A DNA stretch of 64,000 bases, from NCBI GenBank assembly GCA_944386685.1, contig CALXCA010000001.1, positions 10,931-74,930 of the forward strand, in the 5' to 3' direction. Below are positions 28,281 to 37,859 of this stretch, in pieces. The position numbers were made by a program, and so were the translations under genes. The stretch's first letter is position 1; each line of letters opens with the position of its first letter. The notes under the pieces were generated by a model. It made no database searches and was not told the DNA's origin. It saw nothing but the letters and a program-made list of their open reading frames with translations. The stretch is from an uncultured Clostridia bacterium (GTDB taxonomy: Bacteria > Bacillota > Clostridia > TANB77 > CAG-508).

Positions 28281-30077
28281 TTAACTTATCTTCCGCTCAT
28301 CTTGTTCAATAAGCTCTCCATCTTTAGATTTTGTATATTTTTTATTTGTTCCAATATCAATATATTTTCTAATTCGTTCAAATTTTATTTTAGTTTTTCC
28401 TTTTTTTACAGTAATTCTTTTTTGTTGCAAATGTTCAGGAAATTTTTGTGTATCCACAAGAAAAGCAATATGTTGAACTATCTTATTTCTATAATCTGTT
28501 TCTTCTATTTCTAAAGAACCTTTTTTTATTTCTTCTCTTTGAGTATCTGTAAACGGTGTTAATACATGTGTTCCAATATATCTTCCATTTACAATAAAGT
28601 CATCTTTTCCATCATAAAGTGGGATAATTTTATTTCCTTGATGTGATTGTATAAAGTTTTCTAATACCTCTTTTTTTATGTGTAATCTTAATGGCATATT
28701 TAAACCAGAAATATCTGCACCAATTAATATATAATCAGATTTTTTCTTTTCTTCTATTACACCCCAATTATTTGACATTCTTTCATCATCACTTAGTAAA
28801 TTCAATAAAGCTAAAATACTATTGTCTTTTTGATTATATAAATTTTTATCTACATTTTCTAATAACATATATAATTGAAAATCATTAGAAAAAATATTTT
28901 CTAGTCCTTTTAATCCACCAATTCCAGAAAAATATTTGTTATATTGTTTTCCAAACTTTTTTTCTAATTCATTTACTTTATCTGCAACATTAACAACAGC
29001 TCTTTCTCTTGTTGACTCTCTACATTTTTGATATATTTCTGCTGTTTTTATATGAATTGCATTAAATTTTAACTTAAGTGCCTCAAAAACATCTGGATTT
29101 ATTAAAGATGATAAATTTCCTTTATGTACAGATTTAAAATCATCTAAATTTAATTCATACATTATAAAATATGATTTATACATTTTAACAGTTTCTTTTG
29201 CTAGTCTATTAGACCAAAAAGCATGTAATGCAGATAATTGGTATATATTTAGCTTTTTTAATTTTTCTTCACTAAATAATGTATTAAATGCATTATCTTC
29301 TTTTATTGGAGTTAGTTCTTTAATTTTTAATCTAGCTACTTCATTATTTTGTTGTTTTATGTATTTTTCTAATATTCCATATTTATCAAGTCCTTCTCCT
29401 ATATGTATTATTGCACTAATATATTCTTCTTTTAATTCTTTATCTATAGTTTCTACACTATTCATTTTTTCTAGATAATATCTTACTTGCTCTAATTCAT
29501 TTCTTGCACAATATAGTCCTTTAATATCTTTTATTTGGTCTCTTACTTCTTTTTGCTGTCCCATAATTAAATGCAATCTTCTAAGATTTTCTCTATTTCC
29601 TGTGCTTATTCTAATAGTTTTAATTTCTTCTTTAGTAGCATTAGAAACATATGCCCTAACAGAAATAATTGCTTCTAACATAGCTTGCTTTATTGCTTTT
29701 TGAAAATTTGAACTATAATTAATATTATCAGTTTGTTTTATCTTTTTCCCACTTCTCTTTTCTTCTAAAGCAATATCATTATATGTTTTTTCCATTAAAT
29801 CTCTATTATTTATTAAAGCTTTAAATGCATTTCTTCTAATAACATCACATCTAAAGTCTGTTACATCTATCATGCTTCGAGTTAGACCTTTAATCAAATT
29901 ATTCATTTCATCCAAAACATCTTCTTTGTCTAAAAATGGATTATCTTTATATAGATTTAAAATTATTTTTCTTGTTAATTCTGATGTATTATCAAAATCT
30001 TCTAAACTCATAATTCCATTTGTTTTTCTTGATAATATCATTGCTTTTTTTAACCATATATTAAATTCATTATTCAT
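28281..30077 (-). CDS. Hypothetical 598-aa protein, last gene of the HTH-topB unit
   Basis: Long intact ORF 19 nt downstream of topB. No motif recognised. Confidence 0.5.
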   Translation of the reverse strand: MNNEFNIWLKKAMILSRKTNGIMSLEDFDNTSELTRKIILNLYKDNPFLDKEDVLDEMNNLIKGLTRSMIDVTDFRCDVIRRNAFKALINNRDLMEKTYNDIALEEKRSGKKIKQTDNINYSSNFQKAIKQAMLEAIISVRAYVSNATKEEIKTIRISTGNRENLRRLHLIMGQQKEVRDQIKDIKGLYCARNELEQVRYYLEKMNSVETIDKELKEEYISAIIHIGEGLDKYGILEKYIKQQNNEVARLKIKELTPIKEDNAFNTLFSEEKLKKLNIYQLSALHAFWSNRLAKETVKMYKSYFIMYELNLDDFKSVHKGNLSSLINPDVFEALKLKFNAIHIKTAEIYQKCRESTRERAVVNVADKVNELEKKFGKQYNKYFSGIGGLKGLENIFSNDFQLYMLLENVDKNLYNQKDNSILALLNLLSDDERMSNNWGVIEEKKKSDYILIGADISGLNMPLRLHIKKEVLENFIQSHQGNKIIPLYDGKDDFIVNGRYIGTHVLTPFTDTQREEIKKGSLEIEETDYRNKIVQHIAFLVDTQKFPEHLQQKRITVKKGKTKIKFERIRKYIDIGTNKKYTKSKDGELIEQDERKIS

Positions 30078-30096
30078 TCTGTAGTTTATTCATCTC

Positions 30097-32058
30097 CTAT
30101 GTTTTTACAATTAACTTATTAAATTTTGAATTGATATAATTTGTAAGTTTGTCCATAAATTCTTCTGGTTTTATTTCTTTCTTCCAAACCATGTCTAATC
30201 CTTTTTCCCAACTTGCCGTAAGTTTTGCATTTAACATATCTGGCATTGAATATTTTACAACATCATAAATAACCTCTCCTTTTGGAGTTGGGGTTACAAT
30301 TTGAGTTTTTGTATTTATATCAATATATTTTATTTTCTCTAGTTTTTTTATAATTTCTCCTCTAGTTGCAGAGGTTCCAATTCCTGCCCCTTTAATTTGT
30401 TCTCTTAATTCTTCTTCTTCTATAAGTTTACCTGCATTTTCCATAGCCAAAATTAATGAACCAGAATTATATCTAGAAGGTGGTGTTGTTTCCGCTTCTT
30501 TAAGTTCATATCCTTTTACTATCAATTCTAGTCCTTTTTTTAAATTTTTAAATACTTCCAAATTATTTTCTTCATTTAATTCTTTTTCGTCTTGTTTTTT
30601 ATCATTATTTTCCACATTTTGTTCATTTGCTGTGGATTTATTTGTTGTATTTTTCAAAACTTCTAAATATCCTTGAGCAATGCAAACTTTTCCACTGGCA
30701 ATAAATGTTTCATTTTCAACATTTATTGTCATATTTACTTTTTGATATTCAGCTGGTGGATAAAAAATTGCAATAAATCTTTTTACTATAACATGATATA
30801 TTTTTTTATTTAATTCTGGCAATTTATCATAATTTTCAAAACCTTGTCCTGTAGGTATTATCGCATAATGGTCTGTTATTTTACTGTCATTTACATATTT
30901 AGTTTTTATTAAATTTGTTGAATATTTTTCTTCAACCATCTTTTTTAAATATTCTTGTACCTCTACATTTTTATATCCTTTAGCAAGTCCATTTAAATTT
31001 TTAGATATTTCTTTTGCAACTGCTGTTGATAAAACTCTTGCATCAGTTCTTGGATATGTTACTAATTTTTTTTCATATAATTCTTGTATTATATCAAGTG
31101 TTTGGTCTGGCTTTATTTTAAATCTTTTTGTACATTCATTTTGAATTTCTGCTAAATTAAATAATAATGGTGCATTTTCTTTTTGCTTTGTCTTTTTTAA
31201 TTCAGTTATTATTGCTTTTTTTCCTTCTAAACTTTTTATAAATTCTTTTGCTTCTTTTTCTGTTTTAAAACCACTTTCATTATATAATTTAGTGCTTTCA
31301 TATACTTTAGATTTTTCATTAACTTTCCATTCTGCTTTTATTGAATTTTCATCTTTTGAAAATTCTCCAAGAATCTTATAATATTTTGTTTTTACAAAAT
31401 TTCTAATTTCTCTTTCTCTAGAAACTATCATTCCTAAAACACATGTCATAACTCTTCCAACAGAAATAGAAACTTTATCTTCATTTATTTTAGAAGCTAC
31501 TCTTTTCCCATATATAATTGTTAATAATCTAGAAAAGTTAATTCCAATAAGATAGTCTTCTTTTGCTCTTAAATAAGCAGAATCGGCAAGACTATCATAA
31601 TCACTTTCACTTTTTGCTTCTTGTATCCCTCTTTTTATTTCTTCTTCTGTTTGAGAATCTATCCATACTCTTTTTATCTTTGCTTTTGGATTTGGCTTTG
31701 CCATCATATATACTAGCCTTTGAATATATTCTCCTTCTCTTCCAGAGTCTCCTGCATTATATATTTCTTCTACATCTTCTCTTTGAAGAAGTTTTTGTAC
31801 AATATTAAATTGTTTTTGTACATTTGGAATTATTTCATATTTCCATTCTGTTGGTATAAATGGAAGTGTATCTAACCTCCAAAATTTTAGTTTTTCGTCA
31901 TATGCTTCTGGATAACTCATTGTAACTAAATGTCCAACACACCATGTTATTATCCAACCATCTGATTCTATATATCCATCTTTTCTATTTGCTTTTATTT
32001 TTAAAGCTTTTGCAAATTCCATTGCTACTGAAGGTTTTTCTGTTATTAGTAGTTTCAT
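30097..32058 (-). CDS. topB: DNA topoisomerase III
   Basis: 653 aa. Toprim N-terminus MKLLITEKPSVA, plus type IA core motifs (GHL, YPRTD with the catalytic Tyr region). Confidence 0.9.
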   Translation of the reverse strand: MKLLITEKPSVAMEFAKALKIKANRKDGYIESDGWIITWCVGHLVTMSYPEAYDEKLKFWRLDTLPFIPTEWKYEIIPNVQKQFNIVQKLLQREDVEEIYNAGDSGREGEYIQRLVYMMAKPNPKAKIKRVWIDSQTEEEIKRGIQEAKSESDYDSLADSAYLRAKEDYLIGINFSRLLTIIYGKRVASKINEDKVSISVGRVMTCVLGMIVSREREIRNFVKTKYYKILGEFSKDENSIKAEWKVNEKSKVYESTKLYNESGFKTEKEAKEFIKSLEGKKAIITELKKTKQKENAPLLFNLAEIQNECTKRFKIKPDQTLDIIQELYEKKLVTYPRTDARVLSTAVAKEISKNLNGLAKGYKNVEVQEYLKKMVEEKYSTNLIKTKYVNDSKITDHYAIIPTGQGFENYDKLPELNKKIYHVIVKRFIAIFYPPAEYQKVNMTINVENETFIASGKVCIAQGYLEVLKNTTNKSTANEQNVENNDKKQDEKELNEENNLEVFKNLKKGLELIVKGYELKEAETTPPSRYNSGSLILAMENAGKLIEEEELREQIKGAGIGTSATRGEIIKKLEKIKYIDINTKTQIVTPTPKGEVIYDVVKYSMPDMLNAKLTASWEKGLDMVWKKEIKPEEFMDKLTNYINSKFNKLIVKT

Positions 32059-32100
32059 CTTTATCGTCTCCTTTCTTCTCTTTTGTATTTTTATAAACTA

Positions 32101-32337
32101 CTAATCATCTTCTACATTGTTAAATAAATCATCAGAAAAAAAATCATATAAAGTTATTCCAAAACCTTCACAAATATGAAGTAAAGTATCTAATTTTATT
32201 AAATCTGTTCTTCCACTCATAAAAGTTGATAATGTTGACATTGGTACTCCAGACATTTTAAATAATGCCCACATTGACATATTGTTTTTTTTCATATAAT
32301 ATTTTACTCTTTTACGAATTGCTTCTGATAATTGCAT
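32101..32337 (-). CDS. XRE-family helix-turn-helix transcriptional regulator
   Basis: 78 aa. HTH_3-like MSMWALFKMSGVPMSTLSTFMSGRTDLIKLDTLLHICEGFGITLYDFF. A frameshifted paralogue lies at 39181-39418. Confidence 0.8.
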   Translation of the reverse strand: MQLSEAIRKRVKYYMKKNNMSMWALFKMSGVPMSTLSTFMSGRTDLIKLDTLLHICEGFGITLYDFFSDDLFNNVEDD

Positions 32338-32394
32338 TTATACCAATCCTTTCACTTTGCTATAAATGTAATTATATAAGAATTCAATCAAAAA

Positions 32395-32445
32395 CTAGTT
32401 CGGTCAATTGAAATTTACGTAAAATATTTCAATTTCTCGAACTAG
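32395..32445 (-). terminator. Long-stem terminator after the TSUP/TauE gene pair
   Basis: CTAGTTCG-gt-AATTGAAAT / ATTTCAATT-tc-CGAACTAG (17 of 19 paired). On the minus strand it is followed by TTTTT. Confidence 0.55.
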
Positions 32446-32559
32446 ACTATATAAAATATATGCTAAAAGTATATATATGAATATTTAAAATTTGATAAAA
32501 AGAATAAATTTTAGCTTATAAATTTTTACAAAAAAATTAATATATAAATTTATATATAA

Positions 32560-32919
32560 TTATTTTCGTTTTTTTAATAACATGTAAATTTCATTAATTG
32601 CAACTATAAGCAAAAATATTCCAAAATACTTTTTTAATGTACTTACATCTGTATTTACTGATATAATAGAGCCTATAATTGCTCCAACAATTCCCCAAAA
32701 AGAAATATTAAAAGCTATTTTTAAATCAAGATTTTTATTTTTATAATTTACAACTATTGCAGAAATTGCAGTTGGAACAAAGTATATTAAATTTGTAGCT
32801 TGTGCAATATGTTGCTCAATATTAACAAATGTAGTAAGTAAAAAAATTAAAATAGTACCTCCACCCATTCCAATTCCACTAAAAATTCCAGAAAAAGCTC
32901 CTGTTAAAATTTCTAACAT
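32560..32919 (-). CDS. Half-size TSUP (TauE/SafE) family membrane transporter subunit
   Basis: 119 aa, about 4 TMs, glycine-rich TSUP signature GIGMGGGTILIFLL. Confidence 0.7.
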   Translation of the reverse strand: MLEILTGAFSGIFSGIGMGGGTILIFLLTTFVNIEQHIAQATNLIYFVPTAISAIVVNYKNKNLDLKIAFNISFWGIVGAIIGSIISVNTDVSTLKKYFGIFLLIVAINEIYMLLKKRK

Positions 32920-33086
32920 ATTAAATTAGATTCCTTTCCACCTCAAAAACTTATTGTTATATCTTATACTTATTCTTTTCTAATTTGAGTTTTTTATATT
33001 CATATTGAAATAACAATCGTTGCATTTTATACAATAGATATGTATATCTTTAGCATTGTATAAATTAACTATGAATCAATAATATT

Positions 33087-33467
33087 TTAAAGAAACAACA
33101 TTCTAAAAGCATAATATAAAATAAAAATAATAAAAATAATTTTTAAAATATAATCTGGCACTTTCTTTAAAAGTTTTGCACCAATATATCCTCCAAAAAT
33201 CCCACCAATTGCACATAATAAACCAGTATCCCATTTTATATAATTATTTTTATAGTAAAAAAAGCTACTTGCTATAACCATAATAAGCATGCAAAATAAA
33301 GATGTTGCTCTTGCTTTTTTGGGTTCTATTTTTAATAAATATATAAAAGATGGCACTAATATCATTCCACCACCAGTTCCAAACAAGCCACAAATTATTC
33401 CTGCAAATAATCCAATTAATATTTTTTTTATACTATTTTTACAGTAATTATTTATTTTAACTTTCAT
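33087..33467 (-). CDS. Half-size TSUP (TauE/SafE) family membrane transporter subunit
   Basis: 126 aa, about 4 TMs, GLFGTGGGMILVP signature. Confidence 0.7.
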   Translation of the reverse strand: MKVKINNYCKNSIKKILIGLFAGIICGLFGTGGGMILVPSFIYLLKIEPKKARATSLFCMLIMVIASSFFYYKNNYIKWDTGLLCAIGGIFGGYIGAKLLKKVPDYILKIIFIIFILYYAFRMLFL

Positions 33468-33525
33468 TTTAAATACTTTTCTTTCTTAAAAACATATAAA
33501 TAATAAGTAAGTATAATTTTCTTTT

Positions 33526-33568
33526 CAAAAAAAGATAAAAAAGAAAATTTTTACTTTCTTTTCTATCT
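33526..33568 (-). terminator. Rho-independent terminator after rarA
   Basis: AGATAAAAAAGAAA (33533-46) / TTTCTTTTCTATCT (33555-68). On the minus strand it is followed by T7. Confidence 0.5.
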
Positions 33569-33576
33569 TTTCCAAT

Positions 33577-34821
33577 TTATATTTTTATATTCTCATCTTT
33601 TTCAAAATATTTTGTTCCAACTCTCTCATTAGGTAAATATTGTTGTTCAACCCAATGTCCAGGAAAATCATGTGGATATAAATATCCTTCACTATATCCT
33701 AATTCACGCATCTTTTCAACAGGTGCATTACGTATATGCATTGGAATTTCCCCTGTATCATTATTTGCAACATCATCTAAAGCTTTATTTATTCCTAAAT
33801 ATGTTGCATTAGATTTCTTACAATTTGCAACATATACAGCAGCTTCTGCAAGTATAATTCTTGCTTCTGGCATACCTATCATATGTACTGCTTGCATTGC
33901 AGAAGTTGCTATAACTAGTGCCTGTGGATCTGCTAGACCAACATCTTCTGATGCACAAATTGTAATTCTCCTAGCTAAAAATACTGGATCTTCTCCACCA
34001 TTTAATGCTCTTGCTAAATAAAATAAAGTTGCGTTAGGGTCTGACCCTCTCATAGATTTTATAAATGCACTTATATTATCATAATGTGTATCTCCATTTT
34101 TATCAAATATTGCTTTTCTATTTTGAATACTATTTTTAATAACTTCATCTGTAATGTGAATATATCCATCAGAGTCCATATTAGTTGTTAATACTGCAAC
34201 TTCAAGACCATTTAATGCTGTTCTAACATCTCCATTCGCAATATCTGCAATTTTCCTTAAAGTTTCGTCTTCTATTTTTATACTATATTCTCCGAGTCCA
34301 TCTTTTCTTATAAGAGCATTTTTTAATATTTGATATATATTTTCTTCTGTTAATGGATTAAGTTTTATTACCATAGACCTTGAAATTAATGCTTTATTAA
34401 CTTCAAAATATGGATTTTCTGTTGTTGCACCTATTAATATTATTGTTCCATTTTCTACATAAGGTAAAAGTGCATCTTGTTGCAATTTATTAAATCTATG
34501 AATTTCATCAATAAATAATATACTTTTTCCAGCTGGATTCATCATATAATTTCTAGTTTCTTCTACTATTTTCTTTATATCTGCAACTCCTGCTGTTACT
34601 GCATTAATTTTATAAAATTTGTATTTTGTTGTTTCACTTATAACTTTAGCAAGAGAAGTTTTTCCGCAACCTGGAGGTCCAAATAATATAATACTTGATA
34701 ATCTATCTGCTTTTATTGTTCTATATAATATTTTTCCAGGACCAATTACATGTTCTTGCCCAACATATTCTTCAAGTGTTTTTGGTCTCATTCTAAAAGC
34801 TAATGGTTCATTTGAGTTCAT
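33577..34821 (-). CDS. rarA: Replication-associated recombination protein A (AAA+ ATPase)
   Basis: 414 aa. Walker A GPPGCGKTS, Walker B ILFIDEIHRFNK, MgsA C-terminal domain (HYDNISAFIKSMRGSDPNA...). Confidence 0.9.
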   Translation of the reverse strand: MNSNEPLAFRMRPKTLEEYVGQEHVIGPGKILYRTIKADRLSSIILFGPPGCGKTSLAKVISETTKYKFYKINAVTAGVADIKKIVEETRNYMMNPAGKSILFIDEIHRFNKLQQDALLPYVENGTIILIGATTENPYFEVNKALISRSMVIKLNPLTEENIYQILKNALIRKDGLGEYSIKIEDETLRKIADIANGDVRTALNGLEVAVLTTNMDSDGYIHITDEVIKNSIQNRKAIFDKNGDTHYDNISAFIKSMRGSDPNATLFYLARALNGGEDPVFLARRITICASEDVGLADPQALVIATSAMQAVHMIGMPEARIILAEAAVYVANCKKSNATYLGINKALDDVANNDTGEIPMHIRNAPVEKMRELGYSEGYLYPHDFPGHWVEQQYLPNERVGTKYFEKDENIKI

Positions 34822-34851
34822 TTTTAGAATCGTCCTTTCAATTTTAGTATT

Positions 34852-36531
34852 TTATATTTTCTCTATATATAGCTTATCATTTACTGCTACTACTGTATAT
34901 TTGTTCATATTTGGTATTTCTTTTATTTCTTCCATTTCTGCATATTCTTCTATTTGCTTTTTAGCTTCTTCTTGTTTTTCTTGTAATTTGCTTTCTTCTT
35001 CTTTTTTTAAGTACTTAAATTCTATCATTACTGCTTTATAATTTTTACTTCTGTCTTTTGGTATTAATAATATGTCTGGATATTTTCTTTGTACTTCCAT
35101 TTCTGATTTTAATCTATATACTTTAAAATTCATTGATATACAGTAAAATATTAGTTTTACATATTTTTCATCAAATTTTACATAGTCTCTATTTGATAAG
35201 TTCTCTAAATATTTGTGTGCTAATCCTACTAATTTTTCTATTTTTCCTTCTATTGCTATTTCTCTTAATATTTCTACATATTCACTATCTGTTATTTGCA
35301 TGTTTGTATTAGCACTTAATATCTTCATAAAATATTCTGTATATATTTCTTTCATTACTTTATTTGGTATTTTTAGTTCTGTCATTTCAAATTCTTGTCC
35401 TCCTATTGTTAAATACCCTAAATAAAATAACATTGATACTAAATCTTTTTCTGTAAATTCTATTGCCGGATTAAATTTTGCCGTTATTTCTCCTATTATT
35501 CCTTCTTCTGATACTGTTTTTTCTATTATTTTTTCTCTTTCTTCTCCTTTGCACAAGTCTAACATGCTTCCTAATTTACTGTAATCACTTGCTATGTTTA
35601 CATCTATTAACTGGTCTGGTATTTCTTTAAATCTTACATATTTATTTAAAAAATATAAGCACATATTTGAATTATATATTTTTTCATTTGCTTTTAATGA
35701 AAATCTATATCCATCATAATTTTCTTTCATTATTGGTAATATTTCTTTTTGCTCTTCTTTTGTTATTTCTAAATCTTCTATCATCTGTAATAACTCTGAA
35801 TTCGTAAATCCCATCATTTCATTAAAGTCTCTATCTTGAGTTATATCTAATCCTATATTAAATCCTGATGTTAAACTATCTAATGTTATTGGAGCTACTC
35901 CTGTTATAAATATTCTATCTATTACACTTTCTGTTCCTTTTTTTAGTATTTCATACCATTTTCGTACTTTTCCATTTTTTGATACTAAATTTTTGAATTG
36001 ATTTGTATTAAATCCTAATAATTCATTTGCAAAGTGATCATATTCATCTATTATTACATATATTTTTTCATTTCTTCTTTGGATATTAAATGCTTTTACT
36101 AGATTATCTAGAATTCCTTCTGCCTCATCTTCAGTATTGACTATAAAATTCATCCCATATTTTTCTACAAATACTTTTATTGATGATGCAATCTCATTTT
36201 TAAAACCTTTGATGGTTGTTTCTTCATTTGTAGTATCTATTCCTGAAAAATTAAATTTTAATATGTGGTATTTGTTTTTTTGTTTTGTTGGATTTTTTCC
36301 TATATATGTATTTTTAAACAACTCATCAAATTTATCTGCTTTTTTTATATCATAATAATTTTCTAATGTGCTTGTAAATAATGTTTTTCCAAATTTTCTT
36401 GGTCGTAAAAAAATTATATATGGTTCTGATAAATTTTCCAGTTTTTCTATATGCTTAGTTTTATCTACATAATAATATTCATTTTCTATCAATCTTTGAT
36501 AATCACTTATTCCATATGGTAATTTTTTCAT
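34852..36531 (-). CDS. AAA-ATPase-like (PF09820-type) / PD-(D/E)XK (DUF1703-type) protein
   Basis: Start moved to ATG 36529-36531 (GAGGAAAG + 8 nt); the track start at 36549 lies inside the RBS region. MKKLPYGISDYQRLIENEYYYVDKTKHIEKL...RPRKFGKTL is the typical N-terminus of this family. Confidence 0.8.
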   Translation of the reverse strand: MKKLPYGISDYQRLIENEYYYVDKTKHIEKLENLSEPYIIFLRPRKFGKTLFTSTLENYYDIKKADKFDELFKNTYIGKNPTKQKNKYHILKFNFSGIDTTNEETTIKGFKNEIASSIKVFVEKYGMNFIVNTEDEAEGILDNLVKAFNIQRRNEKIYVIIDEYDHFANELLGFNTNQFKNLVSKNGKVRKWYEILKKGTESVIDRIFITGVAPITLDSLTSGFNIGLDITQDRDFNEMMGFTNSELLQMIEDLEITKEEQKEILPIMKENYDGYRFSLKANEKIYNSNMCLYFLNKYVRFKEIPDQLIDVNIASDYSKLGSMLDLCKGEEREKIIEKTVSEEGIIGEITAKFNPAIEFTEKDLVSMLFYLGYLTIGGQEFEMTELKIPNKVMKEIYTEYFMKILSANTNMQITDSEYVEILREIAIEGKIEKLVGLAHKYLENLSNRDYVKFDEKYVKLIFYCISMNFKVYRLKSEMEVQRKYPDILLIPKDRSKNYKAVMIEFKYLKKEEESKLQEKQEEAKKQIEEYAEMEEIKEIPNMNKYTVVAVNDKLYIEKI

Positions 36532-36554
36532 ATATATCACTTTCCTCATTTAAA

Positions 36555-36592
36555 TATATTTAGTTTTTTCAAAGGGTTCCTATAAACCTTTA
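36555..36592 (-). promoter_or_regulatory. Conserved upstream module, copy d
   Basis: TATTTAGT starts 26 nt from the corrected start codon at 36531. Confidence 0.4.
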
Positions 36593-36943
36593 TAAATAAT
36601 TATATTTTTTCCCTTATATTTTGCTTTTTTCATTATATCATAATTTTTTTGTTTATTACAATATTAAATAAGCATATATAAAATTTTTTTCATGTCTTTA
36701 TCCTGGTTTTTATTTTTTAATACTTGATTTTAAAATTTTTCTAATATATAATCAAATAAGTTTTTATTGATATTGTATTTTTTCATATATTAGAAACGTA
36801 TAACTTTTTTTGAAAATAGAATTATAAATACTGAATTTTATTTTCAATTTGAGTTTCAAAGCATAAAGTTTAATATTATTTATTATTCAATAAAAATAAA
36901 GCTTTAGAAAGGTAAATATGATTTTTATCATATAAGGTATTTT

Positions 36944-37546
36944 ATGTTTGCTTATATAAAAGGAATTCTTGAAGAAAAAGAAAATAATTATGTTGTTATA
37001 GATATAAATGGATTAGGATATAAAATTTTTATGTCTCAAAATAATATAGATTCAATTGGTAATATTGGAGAAGTGGTTAAAGCATATACTTATGTTAGAG
37101 TTAGAGAAGATGATATTAGCATTTATGGTTTTTTAACAAAAGAGCAATTAAAAATGTTTGAACTTTTAATTTCTGTAAGTGGTGTTGGTGCAAAAAGTGC
37201 TTTAGTTATGTTATCTTGTATTGAACCATCAGACTTTGCTCTTGCAGTTATCTCTGGGAATGTAAAAGTTTTAACAAAAGTTCCTGGAATAGGAAATAAA
37301 TCTGCTCAAAGAATCATTTTAGAATTAAAAGATAAATTAAAAGAAGAACAGCTTGAAGAAACATATTCTAATTCTTCAGCTCAAAAAGATAATAGCGAAA
37401 ATATTAATGAAGCAATTTCTGGATTAATGGTATTAGGTTATTCTAGAAAAGATATTGAAAAAGCTTTTGAACATTTAGATATAGATAATTTATCTATTGA
37501 AGATTTAATAAAAAAAGGACTAGTTCTATTATCGAAAAAAGCATAA
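36944..37546 (+). CDS. ruvA: Holliday junction branch-migration complex subunit RuvA
   Basis: 200 aa. MFAYIKGIL...GLGYKIF OB domain, two HhH motifs (VSGVGAKSAL, VPGIGNKSAQRI), C-terminal domain III. Confidence 0.9.
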   Translation: MFAYIKGILEEKENNYVVIDINGLGYKIFMSQNNIDSIGNIGEVVKAYTYVRVREDDISIYGFLTKEQLKMFELLISVSGVGAKSALVMLSCIEPSDFALAVISGNVKVLTKVPGIGNKSAQRIILELKDKLKEEQLEETYSNSSAQKDNSENINEAISGLMVLGYSRKDIEKAFEHLDIDNLSIEDLIKKGLVLLSKKA

Positions 37547-37550
37547 AAAC

Positions 37551-37836
37551 TTGCTGTGGTTATTGGGGTCGGTCCTTTTTTGGTCTGGGGTCGGTCCCTT
37601 TTTTGCTTGGGGTCGGTCCTAAAATCAAACCCAATATATAAATTGTTTTGTAATACCGCGTAAGCGACCAAATGAGCGTAGCGAATGCGATTTGGAGCAA
37701 CCTACTTATTGAAATTCTTTTGTAGGTTGCGACACACAAGGTATAAAAAACAATTTATATATTGGGTTTGATTTTAGGACCGACCCCAATAACCACCACT
37801 GGGCAAGAAAAGGACCAATCACAAATAGACCAGCCC
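37551..37836. repeat. Composite palindromic element, copy B (core inverted relative to A and C)
   Basis: Boxes GGGGTCGGTCC at 37565, 37587 and 37609. Perfect 38-bp arms 37611-37650 / 37745-37785. Box 37777-87. Decayed boxes 37811-20 and 37828-36. Outermost IR CTTGC..GTGGTTATTGGGGTCGGTCC. Confidence 0.85.
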
Positions 37837-37859
37837 TATCATTACCCACTGTACAACTT

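Noticed and set aside
32395-32445. The long palindrome upstream of the XRE gene as its operator
   Set aside because: On the minus strand it is followed directly by a T-run, and it lies just downstream of the TSUP genes, so a terminator is the simpler reading. A dual role cannot be excluded.
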